Below, one piece after another: positions 52,780 through 63,896 of a stretch of DNA of 63,896 nt (its first letter is position 1; each line of letters opens with the position of its first letter). This DNA comes from Lama glama (lineage: Eukaryota). A program made the translations under genes and the position numbers. Under the pieces are notes generated by a model. It was given only the letters and a program-made list of their open reading frames with translations, did no database searches and was not told where the DNA came from. The stretch spans positions 83,144,001 to 83,207,896 of the forward strand of contig CM052816.1 of the NCBI GenBank assembly GCA_028534125.1. The letters run 5' to 3'.

Positions 52780-55140
52780 ACCATGACCAAGTGGGAATTA
52801 TTCCCGGAATGCAAAGATGATTCAGCATGTGAAAATCAGTCAATGTAATACTTCACATTAACAGAAACAGAACAAAACAAAACAAAGCACATGATTATCT
52901 CAACTGACTAAGAAAGCGCATATGACATAATTTAATACCTTTTCATGATAATAACACTTGAAAAACTTGGAATAAAAGGAAATTACCTCAACATAATAAA
53001 GGCCATATATGAAAAACCCACAACTAAGTTCATACTCAATGATAAAAGACTGAAAACTGTTCCTCTAATATCAAGAATAAGAGAAGAATGTTCTCTTTCA
53101 CCACTTCTAGCCAACATAGTACTGGAACTCAACCTGAGAGTTAGACAAGAAAAAGAAATAGGATTCAAATCAGAAAGGAAGAAGTAAGCTTATTTCTCTT
53201 CACAGATGACATGATATTAAATGTAGAAAACTGAAACAATTATACCTCAAAAAAGGAAAGAAATGAACTAATAAATAAATTCAGCAAAGTTAGAGGATAC
53301 AAAATCAACAAATGAAAATTAGTTGCATTCCTATATGCTGACAATGAACAATCAAAAAGAAATTAAGAAAACATTCAATTTACAATAGCATCAAAAAGAA
53401 TAAAATACTTAGGAATAAACTTAACCAAGTAGGTCAAAAAAATTGTACCTGAAATTAAGGGAACAAATTTAAAAAGACATAAACTAATGGCAAGATGTCC
53501 CATGTTTATTGATTGGAAGATTTAATATTGTTAAAATGTCAACCCTACCCAGAGAAAGCTACAGATTCAATGCAATTCTGAGTAAAATCAGTAGTTTTTT
53601 TTTTTTTCAGAAATAGGAAAAACCATCCTAGTATTAATACGGAATTAAAAGGAACCTCACGTAGAAAAACAATCTTGAAAAAGAAGAACTAAATTGATGG
53701 TCTCATACTTTGTGATTTCAAAACTTAATATAAAACTGTAGTAATCAGTGTCATACTGACATAGAGATCAGTGTAATAGAACAGAAAGCACACATAATAA
53801 TTCCTCACATACATGGTCAGCTGATTTTGGCAAGGATGCGAAGACTATTCAATGGGGAAAGGAACATTTTTTTCAACAAATGGGAAAACTAGATATCCAC
53901 ATGCACTAAAGAAAGGAAGTTGTACTCTTAACTAACATATACAAAAATTAACTGAAAATGGATCAAAGACATAAATGTAAGAGCTAAAACTATCAAACTT
54001 TTACAGGAAAACATAGGGACAAAATTGCATGACATTGGATTTGACAGTGCTGTATTGGATATGACACCAAAGCTCAGGCAACAAGAGACAAAAATAGATA
54101 AATTGGACTTTACTGAAATTTGCAACTTTTGTGCAACCAATGACACTATCAACAGAGTGAAAATGTAGTCTATGGAATGGGAGAAAAATATTTGCAAATT
54201 ATATATTTAATAAGAGATTGATATCCAGAATATAAAAAGATCTTCTATACTTCAACAACAAAAATACAGGAAGTCCAATTAAAGTATACAAGACTTGAGC
54301 AGATATTTCTCCAGAGAGCATGTATGGGTAGCCCATGAGCACATGAGAGCATGTTAAACATCACTAATCCTTAAGGAAACTGAGAGCCAGACCAGGATGG
54401 CATGCCGTTTCACACACTTAAGATGGCTGTGTTTGAAACAAAACAAAATACAATGGCAGGTTTTGGCAAAGATGTGCAGAAGTTGGAGTCCTGTGCTTTG
54501 CTGATGGGAATAATGAAATGGCTCTGGAGGACAGTATGTCTACTCCTCAAAAATTGTACACAGGTTTGCCATGTGAACCAGGTATTCCACTTCTGGATAT
54601 GTACCCAAAAGAACTGGACGTGAGGACTTGAACAGTTATTTGTACACCTATGTTCAAGGCAGCATTTCTCACAGTAACAAGGAGGTGGGGACAAATGTGT
54701 GGATCTAGGTGTGTAACCAAGAAGAAGAGGATAAACAGAATGTAGTGTGGGCATACTGTTGACTATTGTTCAGGCTTGAAAGAGAAAAATCTTAGCACAT
54801 GCTACAGCATGGATGAATCTTGAGGATGTTGTGCTAGAAGAATTAGGCCAGTCAGAGAAGGAAAAATACTGCAAGATTCCACTTGTGAAAGAGTACCTGG
54901 GTTAGTTAGTTTCTTGCAGACAGATTGTTACTAGGGGCTGTGAGGAGGAAGAAATGGGCAGTTGGTATTTAACGGGTACAGAATTTCAGTTGGAGAGGAT
55001 GGGAAGGTTCTAGAGATGGATGGTGATGATGGTTTCACAGCAGTGAAAATGTGCTTTATGCCACAGGGCTGTACTCTACAAAGTGGTGAGAATTATGGAT
55101 TTTGTATTGTGTGTATTTTGCCACAATAGAAAAAACTTAA
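52780..55140 (+). mobile_element. L1MB-like element: decayed ORF2 and 3' UTR
   Basis: ORF LEKLGIKGNYLNIIKAIYEKPTTKFILNDKRLKTVPL (L1 RT region); 3' UTR ggtacagaatttcagttgg...gttctagagatggatggtgatgatggt. Confidence 0.92.
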
Positions 55141-55435
55141 AAATATATCAAGTATATATATACATACACACATATATAAATACTATGTTTACAAAAAATG
55201 TTACTTGTGACTTCATATTTATCCTTTCACAGTTACAAACTCAACCTTTCTCAGTAATTTCTGGTGGTAAATATGGACTGATGCTTTTCACACTCACTAA
55301 TCAATAATGTAGGCTTCTGTGGGGACCTCCTTGAATTTTCACATACACAGTATTACATCGGAAACCAGTACTACTGAAAGAAAAAATAAGAAACAAAAAT
55401 AAAATCTTTATCGTCTGTCATGTAGGCACTTACAC

Positions 55436-55650
55436 CAGTAGCCAGCAAACTTTTTCCTTAAAATGCCAAAGAGTAAATATTTTAGGCTTGGCAGGTCATA
55501 CAGAGTTTGTTGTAACTACATAACTCTTCTGTTGTCGTATAAAAGCAGCCATAAACAACACATAAAGGAATGGGCATGGATGATTCCAATAAAACTTCAT
55601 CTCCAGGGACAGTCATGGGCCAGCCCTGGGTAATTTGCTGACTGTAATCT
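55436..55650 (+). mobile_element. MER58A hAT-Charlie element
   Basis: cagcaaactttttccttaaaatgccaaagagtaaatattttaggctt...aaagcagccataaacaa...ttccaataaaactt...tttgctgac. Confidence 0.85.
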
Positions 55651-55809
55651 TTACCATGTAGTAAGTAGTTTGATTTCCAAGATCTCCAGCGTTCCTTTTG
55701 GCACTCAGCTGAAGCTAATGGCTAGAATAAATTTAACATAGGTATGTCTATGAAGTGCCCTGGGGGAACTCCTCAATAATTGGAGCATTTATGATCAGTG
55801 TTGGAATCA

Positions 55810-56142
55810 TCCCAGGCCCCTTATCTCTAAATTAAGCAGTGCCACGTGACTTGCTTTGGCCAGTGAAATGTGGACAGTAGTAGTATGTGGATTTGCAGTT
55901 GGAAATTTTGAAATCCAGGTGCAACTTCCCATCTAACCTTTTCTCTACTGCAGTGGTTGTGGAATTATGTGTCAAGATTGAGTCTCTATCACCCCAGATT
56001 TCTGAGTGACAAACAGAAAGTCCCTGCAATATCACAATAGACATGTTCAGTTGGCAAGAAATACCTTGTAGGTATGTGAAGCCAGTGAGACTTTGTAATT
56101 GTAAATTGTCACAGCATAATTTAATCCATCTTGCTTAATAGT
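55810..56142 (+). mobile_element. MLT1I/J-like LTR
   Basis: ccacgtgacttgctttggccagtgaaatgtg...tgtcacagcataa. Confidence 0.7.
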
Positions 56143-57829
56143 ACAGTATTTGATTAATAATTGTGCAATTTTTAATTTTCAATAATTGTACATTACAGTT
56201 TGCCAATATCTGAAGCATTGAATGATTAAAGGAGTTAGGTGTTAAAGGGCATTGACAGACTTGCAGCTGCATAGCTTTAGTGATGAAGCATTCTGGTAAC
56301 CTTCTATGTCTTTATGAAGCCGACGTAAGCAGTATGACTTAGGCTCTCTTAGCTTACAGCCCAAATTTGATGTTTATTGGGAGTGCTATAAATCTATATC
56401 AGTGCAATTCTTGCTAAGTCTATTTAAATCTTGATTAGTATGAAAATTATGGATTACAATGCATATTTTATAATGCTTATTTTAACACTGAGGCATGTCA
56501 AAATAAACTGATTTTCTTCCACACATATAAGAAAATAAAAGATGAGTCAGTCACATTCCTCCTCTCTGCCTATTGAGAATGCTCATTCTGTTAAATTTAA
56601 TAAAATTAAATTAATTTAAATTAAAGCAGAATGTTTTTTATTACAGCTGTATTTTATTTAACTGTATTCAAATAGAAAAACTCTAAACTAAAATGTAAAT
56701 CTATGTACATAACATGAATTCTAAAAATCAGGATCAAAGAATAAGTTGTATTGTGCATACAAGTTAGCAATACTAACTTGTGTAGTTCATTTCGTTATAA
56801 TGTATACTTGACTTTATAACATTGAACTTGTAACCCCTTATCATAAACATTTTTTAAACAAAATCCAAACCTAAGGTCAAATATCTACAGCATGCCATTT
56901 GGGTCTCTGAATTGTATGCACCTGATCATTCTGGTACACAGCATTCATCATCTTAGTTTAATGTGCAAAAAACGCTGAGAGTATCTTATTACATATTCCT
57001 TGCCACAGGTATAGACAAATGATGACAAGCTATGAACCTAAAAGCTGTATTTAACGGTCTGTTAGGACAGGTTGAACATTGAGAGTGAAAACATTTATTG
57101 ATAGAATTTGTAACTCCTGCTGTGTTGGGGAGTGAATGGCAGAGGCAACCGACTCCTGACCATCAGCACATACCAGGGAAATCATAAACAATGGATGTCT
57201 TCGCAACTTTTGTCACCTCCTGTTCACTTTACATTTGCCATTGCTGTTAATGAATAATTGCTGGGTTCCAAGAAATCTCCTCAGGGTTCTTCAACTTCTC
57301 TCTGCTCTGAGCTTCTGCGGCCAACACGTCTGCTTGAACCCGTCAGCTGTGATAAGTGTACATTTGAGTCTTAAGAGAATCTGTCTGTAACTTGAGCACA
57401 GGCAGCACCAAAGAAAAGATCCTACACAGCTTTAATACATTTTTAAAATCCCATTTTAGGTGAATTTGTCCCTGAGATCATTGTGTATGTAGTCTTAAGA
57501 TAACCCTTAAACATCTGCTTGAAACGCCGATGTTTCAGACTTCAAAGGCAACAGCTGTGACAATCCAGGGTGAGTCACTGAGTGTCAGGCTAGTCTGAAA
57601 CGTGGCATATCAAGGAGGTTATACTTGAATTCAAGTAAATACATTACTGAGGGTTTGTTTGTTTTTTTTTAGCATCTGTTCATTAATTTTTTACACTGCT
57701 TTTTATATAGTTCATTTTAGCTTTCATTTTAGAGCCTCCACTCAGATCCAAAGTTACTTAGGTCAACAGCATTTTCTTCGGAACTTCCTAAGTGAGGTTG
57801 TTTGGTACCTCATTTCTTTCTATCATGGA

Positions 57830-59930
57830 ATAACTTCTCATTGTTTGATGTACCACAACTGTTTTTTATATTCACACCTGTTAAAGGAGATCTTGGTTGT
57901 TTCTGCTTTTTGACAATTATGAGTAAAACTGCTATAAACATTTGAATTAAGGTTTTGTTTTTTTTAACAAATTTGTCTTTATCTTTGATTTTCTAAAGTT
58001 TGAAAATGATATGCCTACATGAAGTCTTTGGCATTTAATCTGCTGGATGTTCTCCGAGTTTCCTGGATTTGTGATTAGGTGTCTGACACTAATTTGGGGG
58101 AAATTCTCAGTCATTATTGTTTCACATATTTCTTCTGTTACTTTCTGTCGTCTCCTGGTATTCTCATATGTGTATGTTACACCTTTGCACTCATCCCACA
58201 GTCCTCGGATATTCTAGAGATTCTTCTGTCCTGTCTAGTCTATTGATAATCCTATCAAAGGCATTCTTCATCTCTGTTGCAGTGTTTTGAATTTCCAGTA
58301 TTTCTTTTTGGTTCTTTCTTAGGATTTCCATTTCTGCTCACATTATCTATTTTTGTATGCTGTCTAGTCTGTCTATTAGTGCTTTTAACATATTAATCTT
58401 AGTTCTTTTAAAATCCTGGCATGATAATCCCCAATCCCTGCCATGTATGTTACTGATGCCCCTCCTATCTCTTCAAATTGTGTTTTCTTTGCCTTTTCAT
58501 TTGCCTTATAATTTTTGTTTGATAGCCGGACTTGAACAGAGAACTGCTCTAAAGGCTGTTACAGTTATGTGGTGGTAAGGTGTGGGGGGAGGCGGAGTGT
58601 TCTATAATCTATAATAATTAGATCACGGTTGTTTAGTGAGCCAGTGCCTCTGGACCGCGTGCTTCACAAGTGTTTTTTAGGTTTTTTTCTCTGTCCTTTG
58701 GTAAATAAAGACAGCTAGAGTGGGCTAGAGTTGGGTATTTCCCCTCTCCCATGTGGAAGGCCACAGCTGAGTGGAGTTAAGTGTTTTCCTTCTCCCAGGT
58801 GAGTTAGACTCTGCTGATACCCCAGCCAGTTAAGTCCTGGTTGATTAATTTCTCCTGAGGAAAGGCTTTATTAAGAGGAACAGCGTGCTCTGGCATGTTT
58901 CAAAATGGTGCCTCTTCCCCTCCGGCTGCTGGAAGCGCAAGGGGATTCTCCTTTGATATTCACTACGAGGCTCTGGTTGAGCTCCTGGCAGATAAAGCTC
59001 ACTCAAGTGTGGGAGCCCCCCGTGACTGGGTTCCCCTGGAGTTTTTAACTGTCAGAATTGTCCACACTGAGCCTCCAGAAAGTCATCAATTGTGGTTCAG
59101 GTTTTCCTAGCCCAGCCCTGGTTCCCTTGCCGGTTTCTGCTTATGAGACTCTGCTCAGGTAAGTCGTGTCTCCCTGTACTCACCTAACTCTCGTCTTGGG
59201 GACGGCCGTTTGCTCTGTGCCCTCGCCTCTCTTTTGGATTTAAGGAAAGTTGTTGATTGTTCAGTCTGTTCAGCTTTTTTTTACTTGTCGTTAGGACGGA
59301 GTAGTGATTTCCAAGCTCCTTTCACGTAGAACAAAAACAAGGTTTTTATGAATATGTTTTCGAGTAAATACCTAGGAGTGTGACTGTTGGATTGTATGGT
59401 AAGAGTATGTTTAGCTTTGTGAGAAATTGCCAAGTGTTTTCCAAAGTGGCGGAACCGTTTTGCAGTCCCACCGTCAATGAATGAGAGTTTCGGTTGCTCT
59501 GCATCCATGACAGCAATTGGTATTGTTAAAATTTTGGATTGTAGCCATTCCGATGGTTGTGTAGTGATAGCTCTTTGTTGTTTGAATTTGCAATTCCCAA
59601 ATGACAAGTAATTTTCAGCATATTTTCATATGTTTTATTTGCTATCTGTGTGTCTTCTTTGGTGAGGTATCCTGGTATTTTGCCCGTTTAAAAAATTTGT
59701 TTATTGTTGAGCTTTAAAGTTTCTTTCTATTTTACATACAAGACCTTTATCAGATATGTGTTTTCCAAATAGTTTTTCCCAGTCTATGGCTTGTCTTTCT
59801 ATTCCCTTAAAAGTTCCCTTCACAGATTAGAAACTTTTAATTTTAATAAAGTCTAACTTACCAAGTTTTTCTTTCATGGAATGTGATTTCCGTATTGTAT
59901 CTAAAAATGTATCACCAAATTTAAGGTCCT
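57830..59930 (-). mobile_element. Ancient L1M ORF2 3' fragment (57830-57956 and 59339-59930) split by an L1 5'-end insert
   Basis: aaactgctataaacatt...aaggtttt | aaggtttttatgaatatgttttcgagtaaatacctaggagt reads as one continuous L1 once the insert is removed. Confidence 0.8.
57957..59338 (-). mobile_element. L1MC/MD-like 5' UTR/ORF1 fragment
   Basis: Homologous to 1-438 at its right end; L1 ORF1-like minus tracts such as tttgggggaaattctcagtcattatt. Confidence 0.75.
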
Positions 59931-60301
59931 TACTTGATTGTTCCTTACTTTACTTTGATAGTGATACATTCTAGCATTTTCTTGTTTGCGAACTTTCTTT
60001 TTAACCATTGCAATTCAGTAAAAGCTTCAAAATCTGAAGATTTTTTAGCCTCCTAATTATCTAATCTTTATTGATTCCTCTGTCTGAATACGATGCAATC
60101 AAAATATAAAGGACTTTCTAACAAAAAAAATTCTGTGGTTTTAGAGACAGTTGTTTACAAAGTTTCTCTTCAAAGACTTGAATATTTGAAGAGAGGTAGC
60201 AAAGAAAATTTATACTGCCATATGGAAGCTTTTATTTATTTTTTGCTGTTTTATTTTCACAACAGTAAATTTCACCTTTGTAAATTTTTAAAACCACCAC
60301 T

Positions 60302-60535
60302 TATTTTTCTCTAGTTTTATTGAGAAAATTGGCATGCAACACTGTGTAAGTTTAAGGGATACAGCATGATGATTTGATTTACATGTAATCTGAAATGATT
60401 ATCACAGTAGGTTCAGCTAACACCCATCATCTCATATAGATACAATAAAAAGAAAGAAGAAAAAAGAAATTTACTTGTGATAAGAACTCTTAGGTTTTAC
60501 TCTTAACAACTTTCCTATATATCATACAGCAGTTA
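60302..60535 (-). mobile_element. L1MA9-like 3' end
   Basis: ttttattgaga...actgtgtaagtttaagg...aaatgattatcacagtag...gataagaactcttagg. Confidence 0.8.
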
Positions 60536-61436
60536 ACTGTGATTAATATTTAAATACATGCTTCTATTAAATGAGGTAAAGTTTAACAAATTCCTGGACA
60601 CAAGGTGTTGACACAACTTGGAATCCATGTGTCTTTTACATTACCTCTCATTTCCAAAGGGGCTTAACATATGAAAACACTCATACATTTTGGTTTTGAT
60701 ATTTTAATACATTATAGATAAATAGACAAAATAGATAAATTTTGATAGAAATTAAACAATAAACAGTTTATTCAGTACCCTAGAAAGCTCAAACTAAAAG
60801 GAAATGGTAAACATGATGAAAAAAGGAGAGAATACGGAAGGAAAACATAGATTTTTACAAGTTGTCCTAGAATCATCTTCTCTTATATTATAACTTTAAC
60901 AACTTTAAAATCATTTATCTGATCTATATATTTAATCTTCTTTTTTCAGTGATTATAGAACAATCTCATAAATGATTTATGATTCAAATTTACTAACCTG
61001 GACAGGAATTTCTCTATATAGCAGGAAAGTTCCATATGAAACACTATTTAAATTAAGAGGAACAATTATGGAAAAGTCCTACCATGTAGTAACCTGGCAC
61101 AATGAAGGTGCTTGAAATATGTTTGCTGAATAAGTCATAAAATGGTTATGAAAACTTGGCAGAGAAAAAAATGATGAATAAATTAGATCCACATTTTTGA
61201 GTCTAGATTGCCAAGGTTATTAATATTTGCTAACTATCATTAAGTATTTGCTGTTTCAAGCTCGATTCTAAGTATTTCACACACGTTAATTTACTCCTTC
61301 CAACACCCTTGTAAGATCATTGTACTTTATAAGAGCTTTGCCAATTCAAGTAATTGTTTAGTTTCTATAAAAGTTGTATGTATATCTCTAAGTTTGATTA
61401 CAAGCCTGTAAGTGTATAAGACACTCATGTCCATTA

Positions 61437-61986
61437 TGTTTATCTGAGGGACTTGAGGGTGGGTCAAGGACAAGACACAGACCCCGAGGTGGCAGTAGCA
61501 TACAGGGAGCTGCATTTGGGCAAAACTTGGACAGGATGCACTTGAGGGGAAATCCCTCACAACAGGAGCCCTTTTAGACACAGCAGCCCAGGTCCGCCAT
61601 CCAAAAGGGGAAGAGGGCAAACGAATGACTGGGAGGATAACTGGAAAGGAGGCTTGAGTCTCTAGGTGATGTCCCTCAGCAGCATGATGGGGAATTTGAG
61701 TCAGAGAGTTTTCAAAGCCAGCAGGGGCTTGGTGTCTTTTTAATGGGCCACAGTTTATCTTATTTATGGCTAGCAGATGTTGGGTGCGGTTTCGTGGAAT
61801 ATGCAAAGCAGGCCAGCTTCTAAATGGCTAAAAGGCTGCCTCTCTGGGCTTTATTTAAAGCTATTGGATGTATAAGAATTTGAGTTTAGCGCCAGCAGGC
61901 TTTTGCGCTAACAATCTTAGACCACTATGAAGAACAATATAAACATCACAATAAACAGGGGACAACTTTGGCTCGTTTGTTTAACA
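61437..61986 (-). mobile_element. ERVL-type solo LTR (MER54/73/74-group-like)
   Basis: GC-richer ~550 bp block with tgtt...aaca termini. Confidence 0.55.
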
Positions 61987-62246
61987 CCTATAAAGAAATT
62001 TTTGTTTATTCTTAACTGTACAAAATTTAGAAAGCATATCTATTGCTGAGTTTTCTACTTGGCATGTATGTATGTGTGTATATTAATATTAATATTACAT
62101 GAGCTGTATTTTCAAGAATACACGTAGACACAAACCCTAAATCTATTAAATATCTGTGGAAAAAAAAAACAGCTTTCTACGTGTGCTATCATCCAACAAT
62201 TTTGCTTAGAAGATTTCTTGCTTGTGACTTTATGGTTTAGGCAATT

Positions 62247-62603
62247 GTGTGAGTCAACTAGGGTTGTCATAAAAATATACCACAGGGTGGATGACTTAAA
62301 CAATAGAAACTTATTTTCTCATAGTTCAAGAGGCTAGATCCAGCCAAGTTATTGGTGGGTTTAGTTTCACCCTGAGCCCTCTCTCCTTGACTTCCTGCCT
62401 TCTTACTAGGCCCCCATGTGACCTTTTCTCTGGTATCTCTTCTTCTAATTAAAAACACTGGTCTAATTATATTACGGCCCCACCTTTATAACCTCATTTA
62501 ACCTTAATTATCCCTATAAAGGCCCTGGTTCCAAATATAGTCACATTGGGGGTTAGGACTTCAACATACAAATTTTGGGGGAAGGGACACAATTCAGTCT
62601 ATC
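62247..62603 (-). mobile_element. MLT1A/B-like LTR
   Basis: acttaaacaatagaaacttattttctcatagttc...acctcatttaaccttaatta...gtcacattgggggttaggacttcaacata...gggacacaattcagtc. Confidence 0.88.
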
Positions 62604-63896
62604 CCTGCACTTTACTTCTAGGTTGATGTTATGTATATGGAGATATATTTGCAACTTTTCCGTTTAGATAAAGAGACTATAATACATGCCCTGCTCTGTT
62701 TCATTATTCTAATTGTGTATGTGTTATATACCACGTTTCTACTTGAATAAGAATTGCAGGTTCATTTGGCTTATGAAATCCAGTTCATTTTTATCCACAG
62801 TTTCAGACAGCACTTCAGTGAGAACAGAAAATTAACTTTCCTAGTTGAATAAAACCAAAATGGAAACAAATTTTTAGTCCCTAAAAGAGCTTTTTAAATG
62901 ATTTTGTATCGCACGTTGCATTTAATTTATTCCAACAGACATTAAAATATCTGTTAAATAGTCTTTTCCTGTGAAGATGTTCACAGCTACCAGATGGAAC
63001 AGCCATCATTTTCTTAAGGGCTCAACATAATTAAGACCACACTTTATTGAGATCAGCCAACTCCATTAAAATATCATTAACAATGAATACATTGAAAAAA
63101 TCCTCAGATAAATGAGAAGGAATGCTTATGAGTTACTGAAATGTGAGCTCTATGAAGGCAGTATTTTGTTGCTATGCTTTTGTTCATATATACAAATAGG
63201 AGCAAAATCTGGTAGCATTATATTGAAAAATTACTCTATTAATTTTACACTTAACCACAAAGATTTGGCAATTTTTCAACATTGTATCTTCATGCCAGGC
63301 ATATGTCCAGGATTTACGAATAGATCTATGAATAAAACAAAATCCCTGCTCTCACAGAACTTCATTCCAGCGTAGAGACAGGTAATAATCAAACACTTCC
63401 TTTAATTTGGGTTTCCCCTTTAGGACTAGCCAGTGACCTTGATAGAAGCTTTCCAGTATTCAATGTATAAGATTATATCTATAATCTTTAAACTATAAAG
63501 TGTACATATAATAATTGTGCCTATAATTGTTGCAATTCAGGCCACTACCATGCCTACCTAGTCCAAATGACTAAAATAATCAGAAAATACAGTTCAGTTT
63601 GTAGTTTCTAAATGTATTAATAGTAAACAGAGTACCAGAATATAAAAGTGATAAAGAAATTAGTTTCTGCTCTGTTTGACTCAGTTTTCTGCTATGTACT
63701 AACTGTGGTATGAGACAGTGTATTCCATCTCTACAAAACTTGGGTGCTTCCTATGTGAAATAAGGGAAATAATTATATTAAAGTTTGGCTCCGAGTATGA
63801 CAGAAGATAATATGCACCTTGTTCTTACTATGATGCCTGACATGTAAGACTTATTGAAATTCATGGTAGCTATTATTGCTAAAATGTAGATGTGTT

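Noticed and set aside
61327..61806. 159-aa minus-strand ORF
   Set aside because: Mostly inside a GC-richer LTR-like repeat with no protein similarity recognised.
1..63896. CRISPR array, operon or other prokaryotic-type system
   Set aside because: The sequence is mammalian repeat-rich non-coding DNA with no regularly spaced direct repeats or long ORFs.

Overview
AT-rich mammalian non-coding DNA, either intergenic or a deep intron. Vic-1-type tRNA-derived SINEs and young L1 3' ends point to a camelid (llama/alpaca/camel) genome. I found no credible host protein-coding exon, RNA gene or prokaryotic-type system. ORF-track entries are chance ORFs, N-gap artefacts, or decayed L1 ORF2 and ERVL pol pieces. 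Much of the window is nested transposon fossils: L1s of many ages, an ERVL pol remnant, LTR16/MLT LTRs, Tigger/MER DNA transposons, MIR and L2. There is a 500-N assembly gap at 43710-44209. The most unusual observation is a pair of neighbouring L1 insertions (38743-39226 and ~40335-41167). Each carries at its 5' junction a 120-160 bp copy of local DNA now ~4 kb away, and in both the copy is the genomic minus strand when read in L1 sense. Also notable: a head-to-head double L1 with apparent target deletion, a 5'-only L1 insert, a microexon-like splice pattern, and two repeat-poor Meis/Hox motif clusters. Repeat family names come from my recollection of consensus sequences, not a database search, and boundaries of old repeats are approximate.
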